DNA of 60,182 nucleotides, filler included, from Sphacelaria rigidula (taxonomy: Eukaryota), in NCBI GenBank assembly GCA_964200075.2. It is 9 parts of 9 records of this genome, joined end to end, with 100 filler letters (N's around TTAATTAATTAA, not from the genome) between each part and the next. Parts side by side here need not be neighbours in the genome. Positions count along the whole stretch, not along the records: positions 33,493 to 40,090 come from CAXNAA020019142.1; positions 40,191 to 46,788 come from CAXNAA020019143.1; positions 46,889 to 53,485 come from CAXNAA020019144.1; 6 more parts are not named here. One strand, 5' to 3'. A program made the position numbers and the translations under genes. Below the pieces are notes generated by a model. The model did not search any database. It was not told the DNA's origin and saw only the letters and a list, made by a program, of their open reading frames with translations. Below, piece by piece: positions 39,569 to 52,831 of the stretch (position 1 is its first letter; every line of letters begins with the position of its first letter).

Positions 39569-39999
39569 AAATTATGGAGGGCGGGAGGCGGGGTCATGTA
39601 AATCTACTACTATTGAATAGTGGAGTGTGCTTCAGCCCCACTTTTGCGTTCTCGTTGTGTAGTGTGTGGTACCATCAACGAAAAACATAGGACCAGTGCA
39701 AGGACGCTTGCAGTGATCCCCGAAGAGAGTTGCGATCTAGGAACGAAAATACGCGATGGACAAACATGGGGGATGGCGTGAAGCAGTGCTGGGAAGGTCA
39801 ACCGTTTCGATTACGAAAACAGTGTGGGGTTCTCTTACTGCAGGACCGTTCGGCGTTCACGACAAATTTCGGTTTCAAAAGCGGTACAATTGTCATTGTG
39901 GATGGACCCTTACCACCGTACTTGAAGATGGAGTTGTAGTCCTGATGTCATAGTAAAGTCAATATCTCCTCAGACGTACATGCGAGACAGGGATTTCGC

Positions 40000-40090
40000 G
40001 GGGGGGGGGGAGGGGGGGGCGTACATATTTGTTGCTTGCCTTAGTTGTTTGACCATTGACCACGCATCCCTTTAGGGCGGAAGAGCACAC
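40000..40090 (-). mobile_element. Family PC retroposon 3' end at contig edge
   Basis: G run then CGTACATATTTGTTGCTTGCCTTAGT...ACCACGCATCCCTTT on + strand. Confidence 0.75.
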
Positions 40091-40303
40091 NNNNNNNNNN
40101 NNNNNNNNNNNNNNNNNNNNNNNNNNNNNNNNNNTTAATTAATTAANNNNNNNNNNNNNNNNNNNNNNNNNNNNNNNNNNNNNNNNNNNNTTTTTTTTGG
40201 CGGGGAAGGCGGGAATGGGGTGGCGGGCGGGGTGGTGGTTCGATCCTTGGCCCCCTCCCCCCCCCCCCCCCCCCCCCCCAACCCACCCACCTACGAAAAG
40301 CAG

Positions 40304-40409
40304 ACACTGGAAGTGCGCGCTTTGTGGACACCAGAGCCGGTTCACGCCTGCGCTCGCGCGGTATAAGAAGAGCAACGCTTTCGATGTCTTGCCCGAGTTG
40401 TCTCAGGAG
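40304..40409 (+). CDS. Sec23/Sec24-family protein, zinc-finger exon
   Basis: HWKCALCGHQS...Y...LPELSQE fits WxCxxC...PEL; CAG acceptor, GAG|GTGCGC donor. Confidence 0.72.
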
Positions 40410-40985
40410 GTGCGCAGTTTTACACGTCACTTATTTGAGCATAAGGATGTCGTGTTTGTTGTTGTTTGATGTTCCTGATGTTGATGATGGCGATGATTGT
40501 CGTGTTGAATTTTGAGTAGTGGAGAACGACGTCATGGAAGGAACAACGATGCGAACGGTGCGTGTCGCGGCTCTTGTGTGTCATTTTCCGGGAGTTTATT
40601 TTTGTTCTTGTTTTGGACCCTCCTAAGGGAAAGTGTGTATTTACACTTATGCTACGCTTCGGTCCGCGTTGTTGGTATCCTGTTCAAGTCTCATATTGTT
40701 TGTCTCGGAAATAATCTTTCGAAACAGCACCGATGATTGAATTGCTCCGGATACATCTATTGAGACAGGGGGGGAGGGGTTCGTGATATGGAGAAGCATA
40801 ATTTAGATGTGAAATACAAATAAAGAGGTGGTTCAGCATATGTGTCGCAAGTGTATTATGCTGAGAAGAACTGAATTTTTCCAGGAAGACGTGCTGCTGC
40901 TGTCTCGAATAAGAATGAATAGACGAACTGCTCCCTCCCTGTTCTGAAAGTGGCGATACCAGAAAATAGAGCAATTCATTGTAGG

Positions 40986-41198
40986 CTTCCATTGCAAGAT
41001 ACTCAGTACGCTTTAGGCCGAACAATCTCAGCAGGATGCAGCGCATCGTTCATGCGACTCGCCGAACCCATCGCGGCGCTTCGCACTTATTGACCGCGAG
41101 CCTGGTCCGGCGAAAACCCGGCGTGCTCCGTCTCGGCTTCATAGGGATGCGAGGTCAACGGTTATGTGACTGCGGCGTGCAAGATCATGAATACACTC
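40986..41198 (+). mobile_element. Longer family PC copy; also 47410-47632 (-) and 59575-59670 (+)
   Basis: CCTGGTCCGGCGAAAACCCGGCGTGCTCCGTCTCGGCTTCATAGGGATGCGAGGTCAAC shared; 3' part aligns with the short PC copies. Confidence 0.75.
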
Positions 41199-41299
41199 CT
41201 CGCTGCCCATTCTGCGTCTTGATCTTGCCTTGCTTGCTACCGCCTTTTGGTTGTGTCCGTTTTTTTGTGTATCTTCTGGTCTTGCTTGCGTTCGTTTAG

Positions 41300-41356
41300 A
41301 CTATGGAGTACGAGCTTCCTTTGGATAGCAAGGGAGCCATGATGCGCAGCGGAGAG
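41300..41356 (+). CDS. Sec23/Sec24-family protein, next exon
   Basis: TTTAG|TMEYELPLDSKGAMMRSGE|GTATGT continues the PEL...TxEY motif in phase 0. Confidence 0.7.
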
Positions 41357-42419
41357 GTATGTTGTGTGTGTGCGTGCGTGCGTGCGTGTGTGTTTGTGTG
41401 TGTGTGTGTGTTTGTGTGTGTGTGTGCTTTGTACATCGTTCCCGTTGATCCTCGATGCATTCTGCCTGTTTGTTGGTCTTGCTGCTACATATGCTGTATT
41501 TACTTCTATCTGTTTCTATTTTTTGTTTTTCTCGGTTCATGCCACCGACCTTTCTCCGTAGATTCCAGTGGCACTTCTCCGTGGATCTTGATGTTACTTT
41601 TACTCAGATTCCGCCAGCTCTCGTTCGCAAAATGGTGTATTGCCGGGGACAAACTTTCAAAACCCGCGGGGCAGCGACCGTTCCTCCAAAGAATCCTGCT
41701 CCCGTGATCCCTGCTACGGTTCCTCCCGCTCCCGGACGTAAACGTCGCGGAGCAGTATAGCGGCTCTAGGTCTTTGTGGAGTGACAGAATGGTTGGCACT
41801 ATTCTGTAGGCGAGTATGATGAGGCGGCGGGTTTTCATGCGACCGGGAAGTAAAATCTTGGTTGAACAAACATACTTTTTTTTTCTCTGTCACACCGTAA
41901 CGCTGACTCTAAAATAAATAAATAAATAAACCCCGACAATAGCCAGGCCGAGCACCCTCGAGCAACGTGGATACATGTTGAAGGTGGCCTATTCCGGAAA
42001 AGCGTGCATGTGTTGGGGCTTGAATGAGTGCGGCAGGCGCCGGTTCGAGCCTAAGGTCGTGCTAAGTACGCTGGGCGAGGCGTGATTGGGACTGTGAGCC
42101 CTAAAAGTCGGAATGTTGTTGTAAGTTTTGTAAGGAATAGTGGTGACGGCACTAGAAAGGCGAGCCTATGTGTGTGGCGGCGGGTCCGAGAGATCGGGCT
42201 AATTCGCCGAATCCTATCCTATTTTCCTATCCTATTCATTATTGGCGTAATGTCGCTCCGCTGTATACTGCAATCAAATCGGTCGTGTCCGGTTTTCCTG
42301 TACTATATCCAAGTCAACAATGATCCTTTTCGAAACAGTGTTTCCATCCCCTCACCACCTCTACCGACCACCCTGTGAGTGACTCTGCATATATAGACAA
42401 ACCCAACCGAAAATGCACA

Positions 42420-43480
42420 GACAGGACAACCGAGGCTGCTAAGGCTACCGATGGAACTACTGTAGTGCGCGTAGATTAGCAAGTAGTAGGAATTAATGCG
42501 CGTTCACACAACCCAACACAATCAGAAGCGAACCGATAACTTGGTACCCCTGCAAACCAAAAGCACACAGCTCGGGCTGTAGCTGGTCATCACCTGAGTA
42601 AGTTCTGCGTGGCCTTGCTCAAATCGAGTCAGAGCTTGAAGAGATACGATCGCGGCACACTCGCGCGAGCGGTCAGCAACGACACGTGTCCTCCAATATA
42701 CAGAACAAATTTCCGTCAAACGAAGGCTGCCGCGTGTACGTTATACCAAGGGCCACCGCTGATGCGCATAGATTAGAAAGGAAATGCAACCTAGTGCACC
42801 TATCTGTGCGCGTTTTCTCGGGGCTCGGTGTCTTCTGCGGCCTACACACGTTTTTCAGTCATGGCAGACTTTCTGTGCATAAAATCAATTAAACTAGATG
42901 CGGAGCAACTAAACAGAAACAAGGATACTCATCATGTGCAGTATAAATTCAAGGTAATCACGGAGCAACAGTTCATGGTCCGTATGTATCAGACATCAGC
43001 CATCAGCAATGACGGTACGAACGGATTTCCGTCCAACGCACACTGCCGTGTGTACATTATAGCAAAGGGTTACCGCTCGAACTAATGCGCGTACATCACC
43101 GAGGAGAATGTAAGCTGACGCGCGTGACTGGTACGTGTCTGTGCGTGTTTTTTTCGGGCCTCTGTGTGTACGTATTGTCTTGTGTCGCATCTGCTGTTGC
43201 GATACACACGTTTCAGTCACGCATAAAAGTAAAATGATCTAAGTGCTGAGCATCACTTTAAACTCAAGATAATTGCGGAGCAAGTGTACTCCGCCACAGA
43301 CCCTCACGTGCAGTTTATGACCCGCTACAGAACAAATAGCGGAGTAACTATCCACTGGCATAAACAGTCAGCTGCGACACATTCTCTCTAGACTGCTTTG
43401 TGTACATTAGCATTGGCTATCGCTCGGACTCATGCGCATGAATGGTACGTGACTGTGCCTATTGTTCTCGCGGCTTCGTC
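42420..43480. repeat. Degenerate tandem repeat, unit about 300-350 bp, 3-4 copies
   Basis: Recurring CTGC...GTGTAC(G/A)TTA...CGCT...ATGCGC block at about 42725, 43040 and 43390. Confidence 0.6.
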
Positions 43481-44993
43481 TCTTATGTGTGAAAATGTGG
43501 ACAAAATTAACTAAATAGTTATACCCATATGTTTTGATATCCATTCTCGAAACAAAAATTCATGCATGAAAATGATCTTTTCCAGCGGACGAGATATGCA
43601 TGTTTGGTTCCTGGAAAATTATATATGGGTTCCGGAAAAATCATGTGTGCACACGGTGCACCATCGAAAATCATGCGCAGCCTAGGATAATGGCAAAAAT
43701 ACTTGCGGCTGGTCCGCGCTGCATTACCACCCAGGCCGTGGCGACTTGAGCTATACTTTCATACTTTCAATCGAAGACAGCACAACGAACGAAGGGTGCA
43801 GTAGTGCAGTACGACAGTAACATGATGTTGTACTGTCTCTCATCTGTCACTCCTCATTTATCACTTCTCATCGCCTGGCCAACTTCCTTTTGTCTCAGTG
43901 ACTTCCCATTGCCAGCTCGAAAATATAACCTTGATCTGTGTTGGTTGTTTCAAACTGAACATTCTATGCTTGCTTACTTCCCATCCATGTATAGTGCGCG
44001 CCGATTCATCATGAAGAGGGAAGAGCTACCGCTTTGTGTACCCAGCGGCACAGCGAAACCGAGGTGAAAAGTGTGGCGTGTACGGCGATAGACAACACCA
44101 TGGCGACGGTATTTTGCTCTTATGTTAGATGGTTATATTGAGTCTGTCGATACCGCCATGTTCGCCGCGCCGTCTCTATAGCACCCATCCTCTGTTTGGA
44201 AGAGCATGGACCGCGTGCACCCACGGGGTAAGTTCTCTTTCGTTTCGGCAAAATATCACTTGAAAAATGAGTACAAGACCTAGGGGAACCACCCTGGCGG
44301 TCAAGAGGATATATTTTGGAGCTGGCGGGAGAAAGGGATCACGCTCTCCGGAGGTTTGGCGGAATCTTATCCTTCGGTGACACCCATAGACAAAGGGAAC
44401 GAACACAGCGGGGGATGTAGGAAAAGAAAAAGACACTGCACTGTACTGTACAGCATTGTAATGCCCTGTGTGTTTTTGTGGGGCTCGCGTCTACCTACAC
44501 TGTCACGTGCGCACCGTTCTGTCTGAGAGATGCCTTTTGCTGAAGGGACGGCACGGGGGACATGGCGCTGCCAAATTGACAAACAGAAGAACATAATACA
44601 GTCGCCATGATGTTGCTGCCCCGGTGCACGCCACACTCTGTACCTGAGGTTCTCTGTGCTGCTGGGTACAATACACGAAGCAACAGCTCTTCTTCCTTCA
44701 TAGTTTTTCGGCGTCTGCTAAGGGCGCGAGCATGAAACTTCGAGATTTGAGATAATCAACACAGATCACTCCTTTTTTTTTCCAAGATAGCAAATGGAAG
44801 ACACGCAGACGAAAGGAAATCGGCCACGCGACGAGTAGTGAGAGATGAGAGAGGGTACAAAACCATGTTACTGTACTACTGAACTCTGCGTTGGTTGTGC
44901 TTCCTCCGATTGCAAGTGTGCGTCGGTGTGGTCATGCGGCACTGACAAGCCCCAAGTGTTTTTGCCGTTCTCCTAGAACGGACAAATCTATAT

Positions 44994-45387
44994 AATGAGG
45001 TTGTACACCAAATTGAGGTTCAAGCCCAAAACAGTACTTTCCCCACACTTTCAGCGATGGTGCCGAATGAATTCTTTGTCGGCCTCTCGATCGCGTAGAT
45101 ACTCTTTTCATTGCATTTTACCGACTTCGTGAGCTTACAGCGCTGACCGAAATCGCTATTTCTCCTGATTTTATTCTATTTTTATTGGGGGGGGGGGGGG
45201 GGGTGACATAAGGGAAAATGGCGGTTTCGGGCAGCGCTGTAAGCTCACAGAGTCGGTAAATGCGCTGAAAAAGTATCTCCACAATCGAGGGGCATTGTGC
45301 CGACAAAAACGTCATCGGGCACCACCGCTGAAAGTGTGGGGAAAGCACTGTTCTCGGCCTGAACCTCATTTGAGTGTCGACCTCATT
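44994..45387. mobile_element. Complete fold-back element FB1 with G run in the loop
   Basis: About 180-bp imperfect inverted arms, e.g. CTTTCCCCACACTTTCAGCG / CGCTGAAAGTGTGGGGAAAG and GTGAGCTTACAGCGCTG / CAGCGCTGTAAGCTCAC. Confidence 0.88.
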
Positions 45388-45554
45388 TCATAGTATTGTT
45401 GGTGCTATTAGTAGGGTGCACATGATTGTCGATGGTACACCCGGGTGTACACATGATGTTTCAGCTTCGTTAGGATAGAGTTCGCCACTTGGTGGGGTGA
45501 AGTTATCCCGACTTGGTTCCAATGTGGACACTGATATCTGGAAGTCTAATGAGC

Positions 45555-45904
45555 GCCGACCGCCCCGGTGACTCAGTTGGTAACCTCGGAACCCTCTGAG
45601 GTTTGGGTCGTGGGTTCGAATATTAGAGCAATCTGGTATTTCCCCCCACACAATGCCCAACAGTGGAGAGAGACTCCTATGTCGTGGGTACGCAAAATTC
45701 GACTTGATGGTCAACGCGGGGAAGGCACTGCTGAGCTCTTCTCGCAATTTAAAAAAAGGCAAGCGCCGCAGAAGGAAGATGGAGAACTGAAACAAACGAA
45801 AAAAAAAAACTCCTGTGTTGGCCTTCCTTCCGTCTGACCCCGGCTGGTGCACCCACATATACCAACAGGTGTAGACCGGCGTCCAGAATTGATGGGACAA
45901 CACA
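45555..45904 (+). mobile_element. tRNA-derived SINE, apparently full length
   Basis: GCCGACCGCCCCGGTGACTCAGTTGGTAACC (A box), GGGTTCGAAT (B box); tail shared with 23233-23299. Confidence 0.8.
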
Positions 45905-46700
45905 TAATTGGCGCTGCGATCCTAGCTTGCGCAGTACGCACGTTCGTCAAAATGAGGTCTTGCAACGCACCATTTACTTAGCTACCACCTTGCACCGATT
46001 GACAAGGAGCAACAGAACCTGCCAGCAGAGTAGAACCAGTTCCACAGGCCATGTGCGCAGACCCGCCGGTCTAACCAACACCATTTTTGAATCCACCCGC
46101 ACACGAGCCAGCACATAGCGCACGCCACGGCACGCACACCCCCAACGCCACAGCTCATATGCAAACATACACGGACGAACCAACGTTCACGGTAAAAGCC
46201 AAGAGATCATGCAGCGGAAAGACAAAGTCCATCGCTCCTGCTCGACAAACGCACACGAGAAAAATATCGACCCAGATATCCTCCTTGGAGGAAAAAACAA
46301 CGAAAAGACCGAACGACTCTTGATATTATTTTCACCCACTACAAGACCGGAGCGTTTTCGCTATCCTTTGCGTTGTGTGCTTCGAACCCGAATGCACCCA
46401 CCGGGTTATAACCCTTTCCAGGGCACGTCCCGTGCCCAACGGCAAAGGACGGAAAATGGCCCATTTCTGCTGGTTTTGGGGGTAAGCTTGAAAAACACTT
46501 GAAAAAAATGTTCAACCCCGGAATGTGTCATTGGTGTGAAAGTGTATGTGGCGTCTGATTGGGGGATGCGTCACCCTAGCGCACGGTTTCTCCATGTCAA
46601 GGATGTAGTCTACAATCAAGTGTTTCCAAAGAAACGGAGAAAAGTGGGCAATTTACAGTAACATATCGTCAAAAAGCCCGGACACTTTTCGGGGGCTAAC

Positions 46701-46742
<42 letters not shown>

Positions 46743-47226
46743 TTCCCCCTGGGGGGGGGCGGCTGTTTTTCTTCTTCCTTTTTTTTTTNNNNNNNNNNNN
46801 NNNNNNNNNNNNNNNNNNNNNNNNNNNNNNNNTTAATTAATTAANNNNNNNNNNNNNNNNNNNNNNNNNNNNNNNNNNNNNNNNNNNNACAAAGCCTAGG
46901 GATTGATTCGTACGAGTCGAATCAATTAGACCAAAAACCAAGTAATTTCCAGACGAATCATTTTTTGTCCGACCCTTGAAATACTCGGAAAAACACATTC
47001 AAATAAACGTTCCGAAAACGACCGCCACCACCTTAGCAGCATCAACGTGATGAGACGACCACAATCACCAGTATATACTGAAAATTACTGTGACGGATTA
47101 TTTCAAATTATCTTTTTGAAATATTAAAATTAATGTTCCGGATATGACCATCACCACAAAAAACACTAGCTTTACTCAATAAAGACAAGGAGATCAAGAT
47201 CTAGGATGGGTAGGGTTGACGCTCAC

Positions 47227-47371
47227 CCCCCTGTGCTCCACTGTTGGCCGTCGATGTGCCGTCAGACTCTCCGCCTCCAAGATCACGCCGTAGCGCCTCG
47301 GAAGGCGAGAATAGAGGGTACACATCGCTTATCCTCCCAGAAGGACTACGATAAGCGTCCACGCTCACCAA
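47227..47371 (-). CDS. EDR2_C (DUF1336) domain protein, exon
   Basis: CAG|LVSVDAYRSPSGRISDVYPLF...|GTGAGC; joins the 48354 exon in phase 0. Confidence 0.8.
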
Positions 47372-48353
47372 CTGGGACCGTGTGAATCCAAGTATGGGGC
47401 AGAAGAGGACGGGGGAGGGGGGGGGGGGGTTACGATCTTGAAGGCCATAGTCATGAGCCTGTTGACCTCGCATCCCTACAAAGCCGGGACGGAGTGAGCC
47501 GGGTTTCGCCGGACCAGGCTCGCAAATAACAAGCGCGACGCGGCGTGATGTGTTCGGTGAGTCGCATGAACAACGACCGGCATCCTGCTGAGATCGTTCA
47601 GCACAAAGCGTACTCATCACCTTGCATCTGGAGGGCGGAGGGGGTGAGGAGGGGTATTGTGTAAAATGTCTGGTACCATTGAAACATAAAAAATGTAGGG
47701 AGTGTACACGGTAGCTCCACTGGTCACAGTGTATGTAGACACACCATTACTTCACCTCAAATGCTGCAATAAAATGGAGGCGGACCGAATTTTCTTCTTG
47801 TGTATATGTGTTTGTGTGTGTGAATCACGGTCCGCATGGCTAAGCTGTTAAGCCGCCGGCCACGGGTCCTCGAGAGGACGCGAAGGTACGTTGTCCCCGA
47901 TAGAGTGATCGCAGACGGCCGATCGCCGGTTCCTACTTTGTCAACGGCGACTCGACAAGTTGGGGCGCGTGACCTAAGTGAACGTTCGTAGGATGGTGAC
48001 ACGCACACACACATGATGCACTAAACCAGGCGCAAGACTGTCTTCCCTGATGCGAGTAATTACACCGTCATCAGAGCATCACTCATTACAGCAGCATGGC
48101 AAAAGCACACATGCAGCATAGCGCAGTACAGCACGGAACATTCACGGAGTTGGTGACACACATGGGATGAAATCAGGCGCTACATTGTCCGTCCGATCCG
48201 AGTTTTCACTCCCTCAACAAAAGATGACCTATTATAGCAACATACAGGACAAAGGCGACGACAGTACCAACGCAGCACTGCACAGCACAGCGCAGACCGA
48301 CCACAAGGGGGGGGCAAGCACAACAGCAAGTATCCGCAATCCCACGTTTTCAC

Positions 48354-48541
48354 CTCGTACAGCGCCGGGGCGGACGGAGCCTTGATCCTGGTCTTTGCGT
48401 AGCCCCTTGTGCGCACGTTGAACTCAGCGGCGTCGGCCGGTGTCCAGGTGTTCCAGTGTAAAGACTCGTCGTGATCATCCCCATCGGTGTCAGTAGGTCG
48501 GCGATCGTACGATGTTCCTAGCTGCGGTTTCGGCGGTGGAC
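48354..48541 (-). CDS. EDR2_C (DUF1336) domain protein, exon with domain start
   Basis: WTPADAAEFNVRTRGYAKTRIKAPSAPALYE fits the W..D...F.VR...Y....K.P start of EDR2_C; CTTACAG acceptor, GAG|GTGAAA donor. Confidence 0.82.
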
Positions 48542-48599
48542 CTGTAAGTGCCGGTCAGGAAATAGACGGGACGGGACGGAACGGGACCAGATGGGATAG

Positions 48600-48775
48600 A
48601 CTATCATCTTTGTTATCGTCAACAGTATTTTGATGGTTATCATCACTATCAGTATTAGTATCACTATCAATATTATTATCACCATCGTATCATCACCACC
48701 ATCATCATCATCATCATCGTCATTACTATACCACTATCATCATTATCACGATCACTATCGCTCATCACTACAGTA
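48600..48775. repeat. Degenerate (CAT/CAC/TAT)n microsatellite
   Basis: 3-periodic low-complexity tract. Confidence 0.85.
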
Positions 48776-49524
48776 GTGGGCGCTTGGCCTATTTACTGTT
48801 CGGAAGGGTTTTTCTCTCGCGACTACTCTTCGATAGAATCCCGAAGTGCTAGTGTCGGTAGATTGTGGTAAAATGAGCCGACAATCTTCCCCCCCCAGTG
48901 CCCAAGTTAGTGTCAGTTGGTTTGGTCGGGCGATACGAGTAGATACCCCGTTTGGCAGGGGGTGTTATTTACCGTGAAACATATTATTCTGGATCTACAA
49001 CAGTGCAATGAGTAGATGAAGTAAAAAAAAAAAAAACTGTACATTTCTTCACAAACACGATCGGGACAGGCTCGATCGACCGAAAATATCGAAGAATGAT
49101 AATCTGGGCTGAAATGTGTCAGGACCCCCGATGATAGGTCAGCCCGTATGTCACTCAATATCGAGTGCAGATTTTTATTTTTTTAATGTGGAGCGGATAC
49201 AAGCATATTTTAGATCCCCAACGTGATAGAGCGGTGGCAAGCAAAAGAACCCAACAAAATCGCCAATTACGACGAAACTACAAAATGAACAGTTCAGACG
49301 CCCATATATCAGGGTTGCATATCGGACCGAGAGATAAAGTTCGATAGATATTTTTAGAATATCGAACCGCAACCGCCGATACCGATATTTATGTCGATAT
49401 TCCGAATATGATACGATACGTACCGAGTATCGATATTCGAAACGACATGGCTGTTTCGGTATGGCCGCAGTGTACAAGACCGAGCAGTACACTGGCACAC
49501 TGACACACCCACTATTGCGCTTAA

Positions 49525-49622
49525 GCCTTAGACCGCGAGGTGAGTCTTCTGTTCAATCGGCATAAATTTCAAGTGAAAAAAAGTTTGCATGATCCAGAAA
49601 GACTAATCTCGCGGTCTAAGGG
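49525..49622. mobile_element. 98-bp piggyBac-type MITE
   Basis: TTAA|GCCTTAGACCGCGAG ... CTCGCGGTCTAAGGG|TTAA. Confidence 0.85.
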
Positions 49623-50617
49623 TTAAGATACCACATCCCCTCGACAGATTTTCCAAGCTCACTCACTCCTCATCAGAAGCGATTCCAGGGCTCAACCAGG
49701 CGGCGTTGCAACCATTTAACCGAGATATAGTAATCGAGCGTTGGAAATCGCTCCTGAGGGTGTGATATCTCAAGAAACCTACGGTAGTTTCCAGTGGACA
49801 GCAGTGGGCACGTGATGTACAGCAGCGGGTAGTGTGCAAATCGACATCATAGCAGCGGCGGCATGCGGTGATACAGCTGTCTTGCGAATATATTTCGTCG
49901 TGCAAGAGGTAGTTGATCACAGCGGGCCGGGTGTGGTATTGATGATACTGTTTTGACTTCTGCGGTCACTATTCCGTGTGTTTCCATCGAATGAGCGCAT
50001 ACCTCGACTCTGCACATTCACTAGAAAAGGAAGAGGTGTCAAACCTTGACCATGCACAAACTCAAATTCAAGCTCTTTTTTTTCAACGTTTTTCACTACC
50101 AATACCAGGAAACGTCGGCAGCATGCGTCAAGTTTGAATTTTTGGATTCCAAAAAACATATAGTTGTATGTCACCAACCAAAAAGGAAAAAAACACTAAG
50201 CTTGAAACAATGAGAATGTCCAGACAAATGGATGGAGGGGAAAATGAACCTAACACTCGTCAAACATGAAGGAAAGGCGAAGCGACAGTACCATCTCCTC
50301 ATACTCCGAAGGACCGCTGTTTTTTACTGTTATCTGCAGCTCTACATTGATCGTGACCTCGTATCTACTCCGCCACGCCACCCATATGTTGCCGTTGGTA
50401 AACACCCCCGCTGAATCATATCACTCAACCCTGAACCCACGAGGCATTAGCGGTGTGTGGTGTGTGAAGGGGACCTTATGGAGTGAGGGATGAGGGGGTT
50501 GAGGGTTGCACCTCAACTGGGGGTCTGCCGTTCAAATAATACCACCCCCCCTGCGTTTACTGTGACGACGGTTTCGAGAAATTGGGCTAACGCGACGAAA
50601 AATAAACAAAACTATAG

Positions 50618-50775
50618 AGCGTATCGATATTCGATATTGATTTTTGATATTGATATTCGATATTGATACATATCACATATATCGGTTTTCTACGCTCCGA
50701 TANNNNNNNNNNGATACCGATATGGCATATCGCCGATATTTATCGAAATCGTATCGGTTATCGATATCCGATGTG
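50618..50775. repeat. CGATA/ATCG-rich simple repeat; similar tract at 49340-49445
   Basis: Dense TATCGATAT/CCGATAT motifs; internal N run. Confidence 0.7.
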
Positions 50776-51745
50776 CAACCCTGCCATATATCATTGTCAT
50801 CATCATCATCAGTATCATATCTACTGTTACTGTCACTGTTCTTGTGGTTACTACTTCTTCTACCACTTCTACGAGTCGTACTGCTACTCTGCGATTATTC
50901 CCGCACAGTAGCCCGATCTCTCGGTCCCGTGGTCACACACAGCAAACATAGAGTTTGCTGTGGGAACCGCCACCAAATAGAAGGGACAAATTCCCACAAG
51001 TGTCTGACAAGGAATCACCATTTCACATCGGGATGTGTTACGGGCTCTTCATGAGCTGGGTGGGTTGCATCTGACACCAAGACGAACCTAAAAATACTAA
51101 TCGGACACTACCTTGAGGTCGCGACGGTTAGAGCGCCCGTGCGCACAGCATCGCCAATCTTGCTGAAAGCAACTTCGGTAAATTTTACCCTCCTAGGAAG
51201 CAACGCTACGGTAGGGGTGCACTTTGAGCGCAAAATCTTGTCTGATTCAGGGGCTCCCAACGATTCTAGATGGACAAGAATATGGGTCAGGGCATGAGCA
51301 ATGCTACGGTGGGGATGCACTTGTAGCGCGAGATATTGTCTAGTTCAGGGGCTCCCAACGATTCTAGATGCACAAGAATATGGGTCAGGGCATCCCCGTT
51401 TGCAACTTCAAGTAGTACTCCTGGCGTACTTTCGCATATTTCCATAAGTGGTGTTTAGGGTGAGATCAAGGGCTCCTAACAATTCTAACCTCAGAAAATA
51501 TTTGTGCACCCCTACCGTAGCATCACTCGAGCATCAAGTCGCATTTTGTGTGCCCACGACGTGGTCGCTCTCCACTACATGCAAACGAAGAAAAAACGCA
51601 TCATAATACCGTCTCACCTTTCACGAAAAACCGGGGGTCGAGAGAGTTCACGATCTCATCCTCCGACCGGACCTTGATCACCGCCCACGGAGCCTTCGGC
51701 ATCAGAGTCAACGTTAACGGGAACAGGCTATCATAGGTTAAATTG

Positions 51746-52004
51746 GAGCCATGCTACGGTAGGGGTGCACTTTTCGCGCAAAATCTTGTCCGGTTCAGGG
51801 GCTCCTACCGGTTCTAGATGCACAAGAAAACATGGGTCAGGACATCCCCGTTTGCAATTTCATTCGGGATATCCCCAGCACATTTGGATAATAATCCGGG
51901 CGTACTCTCACATATCTTCATAAGTCGTGTTTTGCATGAGATAAAGGGCTCCTAACAATCCTAACCTAAGAATATATTTGTGCACCCCTACCGTAGCACC
52001 ACTC
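51746..52004. mobile_element. About 255-bp MITE family, possibly Harbinger-like; copies at 51197-51528 (duplicated left end), 54771-55025, 59138-59394 (inverted), remnant 52250-52440
   Basis: TIR consensus GAGYRATGCTACGGTAGGGGTGCAC at both ends; conserved interior GGTTCAGGGGCTCC...TTCTAGATGCACAAGAA. Confidence 0.9.
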
Positions 52005-52831
52005 ATCGCACGCCATAAAGTAAGCTCGCCTGTGATGCTAGGCTAACGGTCAGGTTTCGCCGCTAGTGAGGGCTAGCTAGACTTCGCACTAGAGCACTCT
52101 GTGCGCCTGTCGGGGAATGTTGCACACCCTGTACGATGAATATACGGCCAGTTCTTGCAATTGGCAGAAAACGTACTGGGTAAAGTATAGGGCTATCGCC
52201 GTTATATGGTCAACAGTTACAATAGGCAGGGTGCGGAATATGGACCCTTGAGTCATGGCACGAACGGGGTTGTACATTTGGGCCCGGGTGTTTCTCATTG
52301 AGGGGCTCCTAAAGTCAGGAGCTACACAAGAACATGGGTCAGGACATTTTCCGTTTGAAAATCCATTCGAGATATCTTTAGCCAACTGGAATGCTAATCG
52401 TGGCGTGCTCTCAGATGATTTCTTTTTTGCTTTGCACTAGATAAGATGTGCCTGTGCCTTTAAATGAGGCAATCTGAAAAAGTAAGGGGCCCTCTTATAA
52501 AAGTATGCCGCGACTCTAGGCACACGCATACCTTATATAGGGACCCACGCTTTGTCGAGGTCCAATTTATGTATTCGGAATACTCACATATCCTAATCGC
52601 TATATTGCTATTGCTATTGCTATCGCTATCGCTGTCGATATCCCCGACCAAGTGCCCAAAATATTCCATACCCTGGACAACGACAATAGATTACATGGGG
52701 CAAAAACCACCTTACTGTTTACAGTATCGAGTCTGTTGTCCATTGCAGTAGCCAAAATACCCGATACTGTACGTGGTACATTTGCTGGCGACGTTGTCTA
52801 CTGTCACTGTTCAGGGCGCGAAGATGCTCAC

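Noticed and set aside
38794..41356. Carrier and Sec23/24 exons as one gene or cluster
   Set aside because: Separated by an artificial linker; different contigs.
41303..41760. Long ORFs including the vWA-like FSVDSSG
   Set aside because: ORFs run through a (GT)n intron; no in-frame acceptor places that motif in the Sec23/24 gene.
49625..49680. Hammerhead ribozyme on minus strand (CTGATGA...GAAA)
   Set aside because: No G-C closed stem II and no convincing stems I/III; a similar near-match at about 9068 also fails.
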